The position numbers were made by a program, and so were the translations under genes. Below are positions 37,760-47,839 of a DNA stretch of 64,000 nt, piece after piece (position 1 is the first letter of the stretch; the number at the start of each line of letters is the position of its first letter). The DNA comes from Candidatus Binatia bacterium. GTDB lineage: Bacteria > Desulfobacterota > Binatia > Bin18. The notes below the pieces were generated by a model, which did not search any database, was not told where the DNA came from, and saw only the letters and a list, made by a program, of their open reading frames with translations. The stretch covers positions 352,001 to 416,000 of the forward strand of contig OY761159.2 of NCBI GenBank assembly GCA_963664395.2. The letters run 5' to 3'.

Positions 37760-40153
37760 ATGGCATATATCGGCAGTTCGGTCAGTGGCATCCTGGATAC
37801 CAGGCTCGTCGCCGGCAAGGGACAATACACCGCAGACGTGAGTCTGCCGGACATGGGCTATATGGCCGTTGTCCGCAGCCCCTATGCCCACGCCCGGATT
37901 CTCAGCATCGACACCAGCGCGGCGCAGCAGCACCCAAGCGTGCGCATCGCTGTCACCGGGACGGATGTCAAACAGTGGAGCAAGCCCATTCCGCACACGT
38001 TGAATCCCAGCGCCTTTGGCGGAAAAACGACCGACATCTACTGTCTGGCGATTGACCGGGTGCATTATGTCGGGACACCGGTAGCTGCCGTGGTTGCCGA
38101 TACCAGACACGCTGCGACCGAGGCGGCCAATCTTATCGAAGTCGAGTATGCAGACCTGCCGGTGGTGATCGATGCCGAACGGGCCCTGGAGCCGGATTCC
38201 CCCCTGCTCTATCCTGAATGGGAAACAAACGAGCTGATGCACGTTCACTTTCAGGGCGGCGATGTTGAGCAGGCATTTACCGACGCCGACCATGTCCTGG
38301 ACGACACCCTCCGCCTGCACCGGCATACGGCCACGCCGCTGGAACCGCGGGCGGCCCTGGCTCACTATGACGACCGTGCTGAGCGCCTGACCTTGTGGGT
38401 CTCCACCCAAGCGCCCCATCCCCTGCGCACAACGTTGGCGGACACGTTGCAGATGGATGAGAACGATATCCATGTGATTCAACCCCAGGTCGGTGGAGCA
38501 TTTGGGGTGAAAATTCCGACCTATCAGGAAGACCCTCTGGCCTGCCTCTTGTCGAAACGAACCGGTAAGCCGGTCAAATGGGTCGAAGAGCGCACGGAAC
38601 ATTTCATGGCCGGCGGTCACGCTCGCGAGCAGACCCTCAAATTCTCGGTCGCCTGTCAGGCGGACGGAACCGTGACCGGCCTCAAGGTTCGTATCATTGG
38701 CGACGTCGGGGCCCTGGCCGCGCTGGGCGGTTGGGGCATGTCCTATGTTGCGGCCTTTGTCGTGCCCGGCCCATACAAAATCCCGAACTGTGAGGTGGAT
38801 TTATCTATCGTGGTGACCAACAAGGGCCCCTGGAATGCGTATCGTGGGTTTGGCAAAGAGGCCGCATCCTTTCTCATGGATCGTGTCATGGACCGCGTCG
38901 CCGACACGGTGCAGATGGACCGCGCCGCGGTGCGGCTCAAGAATTTTGTGTCCAAAGACGAGTTTCCCTACGTGCAAATCTCGGGTGCAACCCTGGACAG
39001 CGGCGATTATGTCAAGGCGCTGCAAGACGTTCTGGACAAAGCCGGCTACCATACCTTCGCCGAGGAACAACAGCGCCTCCGAGACCAAGGCCGCTACATT
39101 GGCATAGGCGTGGGTTTTGAACTCACGCCCGAAGGCGGCTGCATCCCCGACTCTTTTATTGGCGGCTACGAAGGCGCCACCGTCCGCGTCAGCCCGAGTG
39201 GCCAGGTCACCGTCCTGACCGGCGTCACCTCGCCCGGTTCGGGCAATGAAACCGGCATTGCCCAGATTGTGGCAGATACGTTAGGCGTACCGCTCAGCAG
39301 CGTCAGGGTCATACAGGGCGATACCCAGGCGTGTCCATATGGGTTGGGCAATTGGAGTTCGCGCAGTCTGTTCATGGGTGGCTCAGCTTCGCTGTATGCG
39401 GCACGGGAGGTTCAGCATAAGATTCTGCGGGTCGCGGCCAGCATGTTAGAAGCTGCGCCTGAAGATCTTGACTGCGAACAGGGCCGCATCCGCGTCAAGG
39501 GCCAGGCTGACCGAGAGGTGGCGTTCAACGATATTGCCGAGTACGTTCACAAACGCGCATTCGATCATCACGCTTTTGATATGGAGCCGGGTTTGGAGTC
39601 TACGCGCTATTTCCGCATGGGCAATATCCACCACGTGCCGGACGACAAAGGGCGCATCAACACCTATCCCTCTTATCCCTATGCCGCCTGTGTCGCCGTG
39701 GTTGAGGTGGATATTGAAACCGGCGTCGTCACCCCTTTGCGCTACGTTGCCGTCCACGACTGCGGCACCGTCATTAATCCGTTACTGGTTGAAGGGCAGT
39801 TTCAAGGCGCAGTGGCGCAGGGACTCGGTGGTCTGATCTATGAACAGCTCAGCTATGATGAAAACGGCCAACTCCAGACCGGGACGTTCATGGACTATAC
39901 GCTGCCCACAGCGGTTGAAGTGCCGAGTGTTGAAATTCACCACCAGGAAGTCCCGAGTCCGTTCACGCCACTCGGCACCAAAGGTGCGGGCGAGTCCGGC
40001 GTGTCCAGCCCATTTGGGAGCATCGTCAGCGCTGTGGAAAACGCCCTTGCGCCCTTTGGGGTGAAAATTCACGATACCCCGCTGACTCCTCAACGCGTAT
40101 GGCGCATGATTCAAGCGGCTAAAAATGGCAGCGCCGGGAGGGCGGGAGCATGA
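37760..40153 (+). CDS. Xanthine dehydrogenase-family molybdopterin-binding subunit (CoxL-like)
   Basis: RSPYAHA, VGGAFG, AYRGFG, DCG..INP..VEGQ..G, KGAGE; start placed at ATG 37760. Confidence 0.93.
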   Translation: MAYIGSSVSGILDTRLVAGKGQYTADVSLPDMGYMAVVRSPYAHARILSIDTSAAQQHPSVRIAVTGTDVKQWSKPIPHTLNPSAFGGKTTDIYCLAIDRVHYVGTPVAAVVADTRHAATEAANLIEVEYADLPVVIDAERALEPDSPLLYPEWETNELMHVHFQGGDVEQAFTDADHVLDDTLRLHRHTATPLEPRAALAHYDDRAERLTLWVSTQAPHPLRTTLADTLQMDENDIHVIQPQVGGAFGVKIPTYQEDPLACLLSKRTGKPVKWVEERTEHFMAGGHAREQTLKFSVACQADGTVTGLKVRIIGDVGALAALGGWGMSYVAAFVVPGPYKIPNCEVDLSIVVTNKGPWNAYRGFGKEAASFLMDRVMDRVADTVQMDRAAVRLKNFVSKDEFPYVQISGATLDSGDYVKALQDVLDKAGYHTFAEEQQRLRDQGRYIGIGVGFELTPEGGCIPDSFIGGYEGATVRVSPSGQVTVLTGVTSPGSGNETGIAQIVADTLGVPLSSVRVIQGDTQACPYGLGNWSSRSLFMGGSASLYAAREVQHKILRVAASMLEAAPEDLDCEQGRIRVKGQADREVAFNDIAEYVHKRAFDHHAFDMEPGLESTRYFRMGNIHHVPDDKGRINTYPSYPYAACVAVVEVDIETGVVTPLRYVAVHDCGTVINPLLVEGQFQGAVAQGLGGLIYEQLSYDENGQLQTGTFMDYTLPTAVEVPSVEIHHQEVPSPFTPLGTKGAGESGVSSPFGSIVSAVENALAPFGVKIHDTPLTPQRVWRMIQAAKNGSAGRAGA

Positions 40154-41028
40154 TACGCGCGCCCTTTCAGCTACACACGCCGCACTCGATCGCTGAAGCC
40201 GTCCGTCTCTTATCCCAGTGCGTGCAAAACGGCGAAGACGCAAAGCTGCTTGCCGGTGGGCAGTCGCTCATTCCAAGCATGAACCTTGGCCTGGTCGCGC
40301 CGGCCCATATCATCAGCCTCAACCATGTTGCCGGCCTCAACTCTATTCGCCGGGACGGGGATATGCTCGCCATCGGAGCGGGGACTACCCATCACGCCCT
40401 GGCCGAGTCCGAGGTCGTGCAAGCCCACTGTCCGATTCTCAGCGAGACCGCAGCCTGTATTGGCGATGTCCAGGTTCGCAACCGGGGGACGCTGGGCGGC
40501 TCAATTGGCCATTTTGATCCTGCGGCTGACTATCCGCCCGTACTCGTCCTGCTTGATGCAGCCTGTCAGATTGTTAGCCCAAGTGGAGAGCGGACCGTTG
40601 CCGCCCAAGACGTCTTTGTTGATTATATGACGACGAGTCTGAGCGCAGATGAGGTCCTGACCGAAATTCGCGTCCCGGTCCTGTCCTCGGACACTGGTAC
40701 GGCCTACGTGAAGTTCACCAGGGTAGAAGGCGGCTTTGCCATTGTCGGCGTTGGCACGTGCCTTCGGCTCAATCCGGATAAGACCTGTCGGTCCATCCGA
40801 GTCGGCATGTGTGGCGCAGCCCCCGTCCCGGTGCGTTTGACCGCTATCGAGGACACGCTGACAGGCAAGGTCGTGGACGACGCCTTTGTTGATGCGGTTG
40901 CAGCTGCCGCGTATGAGTCGGCTCACGACCCGGTCGCAGAGTTGCACGCCGATGCGGACTACAAACGAGAGATGGTCCGGGTGTTTACCCGTCGGGCGGT
41001 GAAGACGGCCTTGGAACGGGCGGATTAA
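40150..41028 (+). CDS. Xanthine dehydrogenase-family FAD-binding subunit (CoxM-like)
   Basis: LLAGGQSL, IGDVQVRNRGTLGGS..DPAAD; ATGA overlap with the large subunit. Confidence 0.93.
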   Translation: MIRAPFQLHTPHSIAEAVRLLSQCVQNGEDAKLLAGGQSLIPSMNLGLVAPAHIISLNHVAGLNSIRRDGDMLAIGAGTTHHALAESEVVQAHCPILSETAACIGDVQVRNRGTLGGSIGHFDPAADYPPVLVLLDAACQIVSPSGERTVAAQDVFVDYMTTSLSADEVLTEIRVPVLSSDTGTAYVKFTRVEGGFAIVGVGTCLRLNPDKTCRSIRVGMCGAAPVPVRLTAIEDTLTGKVVDDAFVDAVAAAAYESAHDPVAELHADADYKREMVRVFTRRAVKTALERAD

Positions 41029-41047
41029 GGAACGGTATGGGAAAGCT

Positions 41048-41530
41048 ATGCAAACCACCATTCAACTGACAGTGAACAATACTCCGTGTGAAGCCACGGT
41101 CGATACGCGCACGCTCCTGGTCGATTTTTTGCGCGATCAACTCGACCTGACCGGTACTCACCTCGGCTGTGCCACCGGCAATTGCGGCGTGTGCACCGTC
41201 GTGCTCGACGGTCTGACGGTCAAGGCGTGTACCATTCTGGCGGCCGACGTTGCGGGCTCCACAGTCACCACCATTGAGGGTTGGACACAAGACACAAGGC
41301 AATCGGGCGACCTGCACCCGATTCAGGATGCCTTTGTCAAACACCACGCTTTACAGTGCGGCTTTTGCACCCCCGGCATGGTGTTGTCGGTTCAGCAACT
41401 GCTGAAAGAAAAACCGAATCCCACAGAGGCTGAGATTCGGCACGGCATAGCCGGCAATCTGTGTCGATGCACCGGCTATGCCAGTATTATCAGGGCGGTT
41501 CAGGAAGCCGCGCGGGGAAGCGGCGATTAA
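41048..41530 (+). CDS. 2x[2Fe-2S] subunit (CoxS-like)
   Basis: GCATGNCGVC..C, QCGFCTPG, GNLCRCTGY. Confidence 0.95.
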   Translation: MQTTIQLTVNNTPCEATVDTRTLLVDFLRDQLDLTGTHLGCATGNCGVCTVVLDGLTVKACTILAADVAGSTVTTIEGWTQDTRQSGDLHPIQDAFVKHHALQCGFCTPGMVLSVQQLLKEKPNPTEAEIRHGIAGNLCRCTGYASIIRAVQEAARGSGD

Positions 41531-41538
41531 AAACAAAA

Positions 41539-41572
41539 TTCCCTCCCCCCTCAAGGGAAGAGGGCCAGAGGT
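41539..41572. repeat. REP-like palindrome between convergent genes
   Basis: TCCCTCCCCCCTCAAGGGAAGAGGG, related to the 26736 and 42553 family. Confidence 0.5.
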
Positions 41573-41575
41573 CCC

Positions 41576-42439
41576 CTACTCCGCCGGCTTCATAAACTTG
41601 AGCGTCATGCGATCGCTCTCGCCTATCGCCAGATATTTTTCCTTGTCCTCGTCTCCGAGACTGAGAGCGGGCGGCAGGGTCCACACACCTTTAGGATGGT
41701 CGCGCATGTCTTTCGGATTGGCGTTTATCTCACTCCGGTCCATAAGTGTGAATCCCGCTTTTTCCGCCATTTGAATTGTCGCCGCCTCTGTGACATAGCC
41801 TGAGCCTGCCTTTGGGTCTTGATCTTTGTCCGGGTCAGCCCGGTGCTCCACCACACCCAGAATTCCGCCCGGCTTCAGCGCTTTATACATGGCCGAAAAT
41901 ACGCCATCAGATGTTCCCGCACCTATCCAGTTGTGCACGTTGCGAAAGGTCAGGACCATGTCGGCCGAGCCTTCGGGCGCAATATCGACCTTATTGGGTG
42001 GAGCGAGTTCGGTCGCGGTCGGCGTGCCATACACCTCGGGATTGGCGGCTAGTTTCTCATCCAGAAGCGCGTTCAGCTTCTTCATGTATGCGATATCCGA
42101 TTCTCTATCGAATCCGGCCAGGTATAGGCTTCCCCGGTCTTTCAGATAAGGAGCCAGAATCTCGGTGTACCAGCCCCTCGACGGCGAAATTTCGACCACC
42201 GTCATATCCGGCTTGAGTCCCAGCCAGGTCAGGGTTTGCGCGGGATGACGGTATTGATCGCGCACTTTATGCTCGGCCGAGCGATGCTCCCCGTCAATGA
42301 CGGCTTGCAGCGCAGAATCGATTGAATCGGCCGCTTCTGCAGTAGCGTGGTGATCGGCAAGGGCTTGGCCGGTGAACAGCATCACGGCACTGACCGCGAC
42401 ACAGCATTGGAAAAATCGAGACACTGATACTTTCTGCAT
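41576..42439 (-). CDS. Class I SAM-dependent methyltransferase-like protein with a signal peptide
   Basis: Signal peptide ending ALA; RDQYRHP, VVEISPSRGWYT, TFRNVHNW, IGESDRMTLKF. Confidence 0.88.
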   Translation of the reverse strand: MQKVSVSRFFQCCVAVSAVMLFTGQALADHHATAEAADSIDSALQAVIDGEHRSAEHKVRDQYRHPAQTLTWLGLKPDMTVVEISPSRGWYTEILAPYLKDRGSLYLAGFDRESDIAYMKKLNALLDEKLAANPEVYGTPTATELAPPNKVDIAPEGSADMVLTFRNVHNWIGAGTSDGVFSAMYKALKPGGILGVVEHRADPDKDQDPKAGSGYVTEAATIQMAEKAGFTLMDRSEINANPKDMRDHPKGVWTLPPALSLGDEDKEKYLAIGESDRMTLKFMKPAE

Positions 42440-42552
42440 GAGTCCTTCTCCTTACTTCTGGTGTGAATCCGCCGTCCATCTGCAAGCCTTACCCGTTACA
42501 GATATTTCCGCAATCCCCCAAGGGCAGGCAGTCTCATGCGGATGAGGAAAAG

Positions 42553-42588
42553 TCCCTCACCCTAGCCCTCTCCCAGGGGGAGAGGGGA
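42553..42588. repeat. REP-like palindrome after degP
   Basis: TCCCTCACCCTAGCCCTCTCCCAGGGGGAGAGGGGA. Confidence 0.7.
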
Positions 42589-42602
42589 ATGAGACCGATA
42601 TG

Positions 42603-44141
42603 CTATTTTGCTGACAGAGAGGCGTATTGGTTCACTCCGTTGTCACGCCGGAGCAGGAGCAACAGCGGCTTGCCTTCCTCCACTGTGGCAATTTCCTTTT
42701 TGAGTTCGTCCAGCGTTTTGACCTGTGTCCGGTTGACCTCAAGGACCACGTCCCCCTCACGGACTCCGGCTTCCGCAGCCGGGCTGTCAGGCTGCACGCC
42801 AGCCACGATGACCCCTTCACTCTCTTTGAGCTGCATCTGAGCTCGCTCTTCCGGAGTGAGGTCACGCAGCGCCATCCCCCACTTCCCCTTTTTGGCAGCC
42901 TCAGGTCCGCTGGCTACTTCGGGTTCGTCAAGTTTGGCAATTTCGACAGTGAGCGTCTTGGTCTTTCCGTCGCGCAAGACCTCAATGGGGACTTTTGTCC
43001 CTACCTTGGTGGTGGCCACCAGCAGGGGCAGGTCGGAATTCTCTTTCACCTTTTGGCCGTCGTAGCCGACAATGACATCTCCGCGTTCCACGCCGCCTTT
43101 ATCGGCCGGGCTATCTGTGGCGACGTCGGCAACCAAGGCGCCGTTTGGATCGGTGAGGCCGAGGGATTCCGCCAACTCTTTGGTCATCTTCTGGATAGTG
43201 ACACCCAGCCAGCCGCGCGTCACATGGCCTTTGGTCTCCAGGTCGGGCACGAGCTGCTTGGCCAGGTTAATCGGGATGGCGAAGCCAATACCGATGTTGC
43301 CACCGCCATTCCCGAAGATCGCGGTGTTAATGCCAACGACTTCGCCCTTTTCGTTAAACAGCGGCCCACCCGAGTTTCCGGGGTTAATTGAGGCGTCGGT
43401 CTGAATGAAGTCATCGTACGGGCCGGCCCCGATTGTACGGCCTTTGGCGCTGACAATCCCCGCGGTAACGGTGTTGTTCAGCCCAAATGGGTTGCCAATG
43501 GCCATGACCCAGTCACCGACTCGTAAGTTTTCAGAATCTCCAAGGTTTGCGACCGGCAAATCCTGCTCTGATTCAATCTTGAGCACAGCCAAGTCAGTCT
43601 TGGGGTCGCGGCCGAGGACGGTGGCCTGATATTCACGCTCATCCGGGAGATTCACCATAATCTCGTTTGCGCCCTCAACCACATGATTATTGGTGATAAT
43701 GAGTCCATCCTTACGGATAATAAATCCAGAGCCTGAGCTGCGACGCGGAACGCCCTGGCGCGGAACGCCCTGGCGCGGACCGCCAAATCCAGGCGGAAAC
43801 GGGAATTGGCGACCGAACGGATTGCGTGGGCCACCAAAACGGCGTCGCTCAGACGCTCTTTCTACGCCAACAACGCGGACATGGACCACAGCCGGCGATA
43901 CATGGGCCGCCAGGGCAGCGAATGACGGTACCCCGGACGGCGTTAATTCGACCCCGGGAGTTGCCGTTTCCGGCGCCGCTTGAACCACGCCCACCACCTC
44001 CACTTGGGTCACCCTGCCCAGGATAAAGCCCCCTAGCACCAAGGAAACCGCCATAAAGAGTAAACGTGCCCTCCACAGCCTACCCAGATGTTGGCCCGCT
44101 TGCTCTTTCACTCCAGCCGATGTTTTCGTCTTCGTCTGCAT
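42603..44141 (-). CDS. degP: HtrA/DegP-DegQ serine endoprotease with two PDZ domains
   Basis: TNNHV, DLAV, GNSGGPL catalytic triad; start placed at ATG 44141 behind GAGGAGG. Confidence 0.92.
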   Translation of the reverse strand: MQTKTKTSAGVKEQAGQHLGRLWRARLLFMAVSLVLGGFILGRVTQVEVVGVVQAAPETATPGVELTPSGVPSFAALAAHVSPAVVHVRVVGVERASERRRFGGPRNPFGRQFPFPPGFGGPRQGVPRQGVPRRSSGSGFIIRKDGLIITNNHVVEGANEIMVNLPDEREYQATVLGRDPKTDLAVLKIESEQDLPVANLGDSENLRVGDWVMAIGNPFGLNNTVTAGIVSAKGRTIGAGPYDDFIQTDASINPGNSGGPLFNEKGEVVGINTAIFGNGGGNIGIGFAIPINLAKQLVPDLETKGHVTRGWLGVTIQKMTKELAESLGLTDPNGALVADVATDSPADKGGVERGDVIVGYDGQKVKENSDLPLLVATTKVGTKVPIEVLRDGKTKTLTVEIAKLDEPEVASGPEAAKKGKWGMALRDLTPEERAQMQLKESEGVIVAGVQPDSPAAEAGVREGDVVLEVNRTQVKTLDELKKEIATVEEGKPLLLLLRRDNGVNQYASLSAK

Positions 44142-44184
44142 AACTTTCCTCCTCGCATTAAAGTTTCTGTGTTCTTTGACGTTC

Positions 44185-44228
44185 ACTATAGCCATTACAT
44201 ATGAGAGAAAGATGAGATCAAGATTAGA
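44185..44228 (-). promoter_or_regulatory. OmpR/PhoB-type triple direct-repeat box plus -10 element of degP
   Basis: Minus strand TCTAAT-N5-TCTCAT-N5-TCTCAT-N10-TATAGT. Confidence 0.6.
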
Positions 44229-44263
44229 GGTCTCTCATTTTTCGCTCAAACTGAGCCGCTCGC

Positions 44264-45154
44264 TCAGAGCGAGGCGAGCATCTTGAGGCCGGCGAGTACG
44301 CTTACGCTTACGGCTACCAGCCCGGCCCGCCACTGCAAGCGGCGTTCATCTGAAGCCGACAGGGGTGGAACAAGCGCTCCGAGTACGACACCACAGACCA
44401 AACCGCCAATATGCGCCGCGTGGTCCGTCCTCGGCCCAATGCCAATCACAAAACCGTAGAAGGCAATCAACATGGCCGGGACGTGCCAGAATGTATAGCG
44501 CGAAGAAGCCGGGAAAAGCGCGAGCTGCCGCAGGCGCACGCCGGACAAAGTGCCCAGCAGACCCAGAATAGCCCCTGACGCTCCGGCCTTGACCGCGAAA
44601 GACGGATTCCAGAGATAGCTCACATAATTGCCTGTTATCCCAGACACCACATACAGAAAGAAGAGTCGCCCCGGCCCGACCGCCCGCAGAGTCAGCATGC
44701 CAAGCACGCCCAACGTTGCCATATTCCCGGCCAGATGCTTGAGGCCGATGTGCAGAAACAGGGCAGTCACAGCCCGCCACCATTCGCCCTCTGCCAGTAA
44801 AAGAGTCCGGATCGCCCCGAAGCGGAGTAGGGTTGCCGAGTCGTACGAGCCACCGTTTTGCTCCAGCAGCCCCCACACGATTATATTGCAGAGGATCAGT
44901 CCCGCTACCCATACGGGGCTGCTGTGTTTACCGAGTTGGGGCTCAGGCGGTGCTGAGGGACGTGGGGGGTCCTCTTCGGTGATACACTGCTGCGCCTCCA
45001 GCAGTCGGTCGGGTTCGACTTCAATCACCCACGGACCGGTAGGATGCTCTTTCCGCAAAGACAGACGGGAAGTGATGCCGGCGCTGGTGAGAATCAGCGC
45101 CGTTTCTTCGGCCTGACTTTTCTCGGCACTAGCGACCAGGAAGGCGTAGGCCAC
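44264..45154 (-). CDS. Rhomboid-family intramembrane serine protease
   Basis: EWWR, FLHIG..HL..N, GASG, AHIGG motifs. Confidence 0.92.
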   Translation of the reverse strand: MAYAFLVASAEKSQAEETALILTSAGITSRLSLRKEHPTGPWVIEVEPDRLLEAQQCITEEDPPRPSAPPEPQLGKHSSPVWVAGLILCNIIVWGLLEQNGGSYDSATLLRFGAIRTLLLAEGEWWRAVTALFLHIGLKHLAGNMATLGVLGMLTLRAVGPGRLFFLYVVSGITGNYVSYLWNPSFAVKAGASGAILGLLGTLSGVRLRQLALFPASSRYTFWHVPAMLIAFYGFVIGIGPRTDHAAHIGGLVCGVVLGALVPPLSASDERRLQWRAGLVAVSVSVLAGLKMLASL

Positions 45155-45212
45155 TAGACCGCATTCCCCTCACCCACGCCGGACTGAACCGAAGCGGATG
45201 AATAACCGGACA

Positions 45213-45887
45213 TCAGGACAACATCTTTTGCGCGCCTTTAATAAACGTGTCTTTGTTTTCCTCTTTTTCAAGATCAAGGCTTTCTGGCACAGCCCGGCCC
45301 TTTTCTACTGCCGGACGCGCCCGAATCACGTCGCGCCAGCGTTTGAGATTGACGAGGCCATCGGCGTTAATGCCCGACCACTTATAGGTATGCACCCAGC
45401 TCCAGTGGGCGATGTCGGCGATTGAGTACTCACCAGCCAGGTATTCGTTCTCTTTGAGTCGCGTATCCAGCACCTCGAATAGCCGCCGCCCTTCGCGTTG
45501 ATAGCGATCAATAGCAAACGGAATTTTCTCGGGCGCGTACCGATAAAACACATTGGCCTGACCCATCATCGGACCGATACCGCCCATTTGGAACATGAGC
45601 CATTGCATGACCAGCGAACGGCCTTTTTCGTCTTGGGCCATGAGCTGGCCGGTTTTCTCGGCCAAATACACCATGATCGCACCCGTCTCAAAGACAGCGA
45701 AATCATCGTTGTCATGATCGACTATGGTCGGAATACGGCCGTTGGGGTTGAGCGCGACGTACCAGTCTTCTTTTTGTTCCCCCTTGGCCAGGTCAATCGC
45801 CTTCACCGTGTAATCGAGGCCCATTTCTTCAAGAGCAATAGACGCTTTCCAGCCGTTTGGGGTTGGTGCGGTGTACAGAGTAATCAT
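45213..45887 (-). CDS. Glutathione S-transferase (YfcG/YghU-like)
   Basis: [36 protein letters not shown]. Confidence 0.93.
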   Translation of the reverse strand: MITLYTAPTPNGWKASIALEEMGLDYTVKAIDLAKGEQKEDWYVALNPNGRIPTIVDHDNDDFAVFETGAIMVYLAEKTGQLMAQDEKGRSLVMQWLMFQMGGIGPMMGQANVFYRYAPEKIPFAIDRYQREGRRLFEVLDTRLKENEYLAGEYSIADIAHWSWVHTYKWSGINADGLVNLKRWRDVIRARPAVEKGRAVPESLDLEKEENKDTFIKGAQKMLS

Positions 45888-45936
45888 ACGTTTTTACCCA
45901 TTTTCTCCCATTTCCCCCTTGGGTGGTGATGTCAAT

Positions 45937-46716
45937 CTATTCTGCGTTTGGCTTCAGCGCGGCAAAACGCAGCCGGACATAATCGGCTGTCCATTTTCCG
46001 TCAGCATCACATAAATCGGGGCGCAGAATATCCCGGACCTGGTCAATACTTGCCGTACGGTCTGCTTCAGGAACTGCGTTGAGAAAGGTTGCCGTAAACA
46101 TTTCCAGCCAGTCTCCTATGTCTCCGGGAAGTGGTGTGGGCCGGGGAATCAGCTCTATTGACTGGACCTGAAGGCCTCTGGCTTCAAGCTGCCGGGTATA
46201 GGTTGCAGGCGTGGGGAAATACCAGGGGTTAATGGACTCGGGATCAATACCGCGGGCGCGCAGCACGTGATAAACAGCCGCCGCTATTTTTTCGACATTT
46301 CCCGCTCCGCCACATTCGGCCACAAACCGCCCACCGAATTTGAGCGCGCGCCAGACACCGGCAATCACTCCGTCAGTGTGCTTCATCCAATGCAGGGCGG
46401 CATTGCTAAAGACTGCGTCAAATTCATTGCGATACGAAAGCTGCCGGCCATCTACGACGTGGGCGTCCAGACCGCGAGTGCGTGCGGCTGCGACCTGCTC
46501 AGGACTGCCATCAACTCCGACTACCTCACAGCCAACTGCGACAAGTTTTTCAGTTAACGCGCCGTCACCACAGCCGAGATCAAGAATACGTTCGCCCGGC
46601 CTGGGATCAAGCAGTGCAACCACAGGCATGCCAAGGTCTGAGACAAAGCGGGCACTGCGGGCATAGCGTTCCGGGTCCCAGGGCTGGGCTTGCGCTGAAT
46701 GGCTCTGTGTAGACAT
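45937..46716 (-). CDS. Class I SAM-dependent methyltransferase (Tam-like)
   Basis: ILDLGCGDG, FDAVFSNAALHW, ADYVRLRF; start placed at ATG 46716. Confidence 0.9.
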   Translation of the reverse strand: MSTQSHSAQAQPWDPERYARSARFVSDLGMPVVALLDPRPGERILDLGCGDGALTEKLVAVGCEVVGVDGSPEQVAAARTRGLDAHVVDGRQLSYRNEFDAVFSNAALHWMKHTDGVIAGVWRALKFGGRFVAECGGAGNVEKIAAAVYHVLRARGIDPESINPWYFPTPATYTRQLEARGLQVQSIELIPRPTPLPGDIGDWLEMFTATFLNAVPEADRTASIDQVRDILRPDLCDADGKWTADYVRLRFAALKPNAE

Positions 46717-46829
46717 CTGTTCCCCTAATCCTGAAGCTGGAGGGGAGTCAAGGGGGAAACGCTCTGGCAACACAACGCTGAGCAGTGTTATACGAAAGAC
46801 CAACAAACGTAACGAAGAGGAATAAGGCC

Positions 46830-47729
46830 ATGAAGAGTATCAAAACCGGTGGTGTTGAGATGATCCCGATTGAGGGTGAATACGAAGTCTGGACCAAGCG
46901 CTTCGGCTCCGGGTCGATTCCACTCCTCACGCTGCACGGCGGCCCCGGCTGCACGCATGAATATTTTGAGTGTTTTGAAGACTTCCTACCGCAGCATGAT
47001 ATTCAGATTATTTACTACGACCAGCTCGGCTCGGCCTATTCCGACCAGCCGGACGATACCAGCCTGTGGACGGTGGAGCGTTTTCGGGAAGAAGTCGAGC
47101 AGGTCCGGCTTGCGCTTGGGCTTGAGCACTTCTATCTGCTCGGACACTCCTGGGGCGGGCTGCTCGGCATTGAGTACGCCCTGGCCTATCAGCAGCATCT
47201 CAAGGGACTCATCATCTCTAATATGACCGCCAGCATTCCGGCCTATGTCGCGTATATAAACGAGTTGCGCGACCAACAGCCGTCCGAGGTCCTTCGCCTT
47301 CTCGAAAAATATGAGGCGACCGAGGACTATGCAGCGCCGGAATATGAGGAGGCCCTGTTCACCCATATTTACAGTAAGCATTTGTGTCGTGTAGCGCCCT
47401 GGCCGGAACCACTCGTGCGCATGTTCCGCAACCTGGCCAAGCCGGTCTATAACACCATGCAGGGCCCGAATGAGTTTGTCGTCAACGGCACGTTCAAGGA
47501 CTGGGACCGCTGGGAAGATCTGCACCGGATTCAGTGTCCGACCCTCGTTTCCGGTGCGCGCTTCGACACCATGCGCGTGTCCGAGATTGAACGCATGGGC
47601 GAGTTGATCCCCCACTCGCGCGTGGCTGTGTGTGAAAACGGCAGCCATTGCGCCATGTATGACGATCAGGAAACGTATTTTCGAGACTTGGTGCAGTTCA
47701 TTCAGGATGTCGAGGCAGGGTCGTTCTGA
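46830..47729 (+). CDS. Proline iminopeptidase-family alpha/beta hydrolase
   Basis: LHGGPG, YDQLG, GHSWGG, catalytic D and H (NGSH); start placed at ATG 46830. Confidence 0.92.
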   Translation: MKSIKTGGVEMIPIEGEYEVWTKRFGSGSIPLLTLHGGPGCTHEYFECFEDFLPQHDIQIIYYDQLGSAYSDQPDDTSLWTVERFREEVEQVRLALGLEHFYLLGHSWGGLLGIEYALAYQQHLKGLIISNMTASIPAYVAYINELRDQQPSEVLRLLEKYEATEDYAAPEYEEALFTHIYSKHLCRVAPWPEPLVRMFRNLAKPVYNTMQGPNEFVVNGTFKDWDRWEDLHRIQCPTLVSGARFDTMRVSEIERMGELIPHSRVAVCENGSHCAMYDDQETYFRDLVQFIQDVEAGSF

Positions 47730-47839
47730 CATCTCCCCCTGCCCCACCGCTCGCCCGTAGGTACATCGGCGCAACCGGTTCGAGCTTGCCTGGTCTGTGA
47801 AAAAATCATACCTTCCCTACCACGAGGAGGATGTACACA

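Noticed and set aside
37760-40153. Aerobic CO dehydrogenase (coxL)
   Set aside because: Lacks the AYxCSFR Cu-binding loop, the gene order differs, and no cox accessory genes are adjacent.
43744-43779. 15-bp tandem repeat in degP (PRQGV x2)
   Set aside because: In-frame duplication in the variable, low-complexity loop before the protease domain; unlikely to matter functionally.
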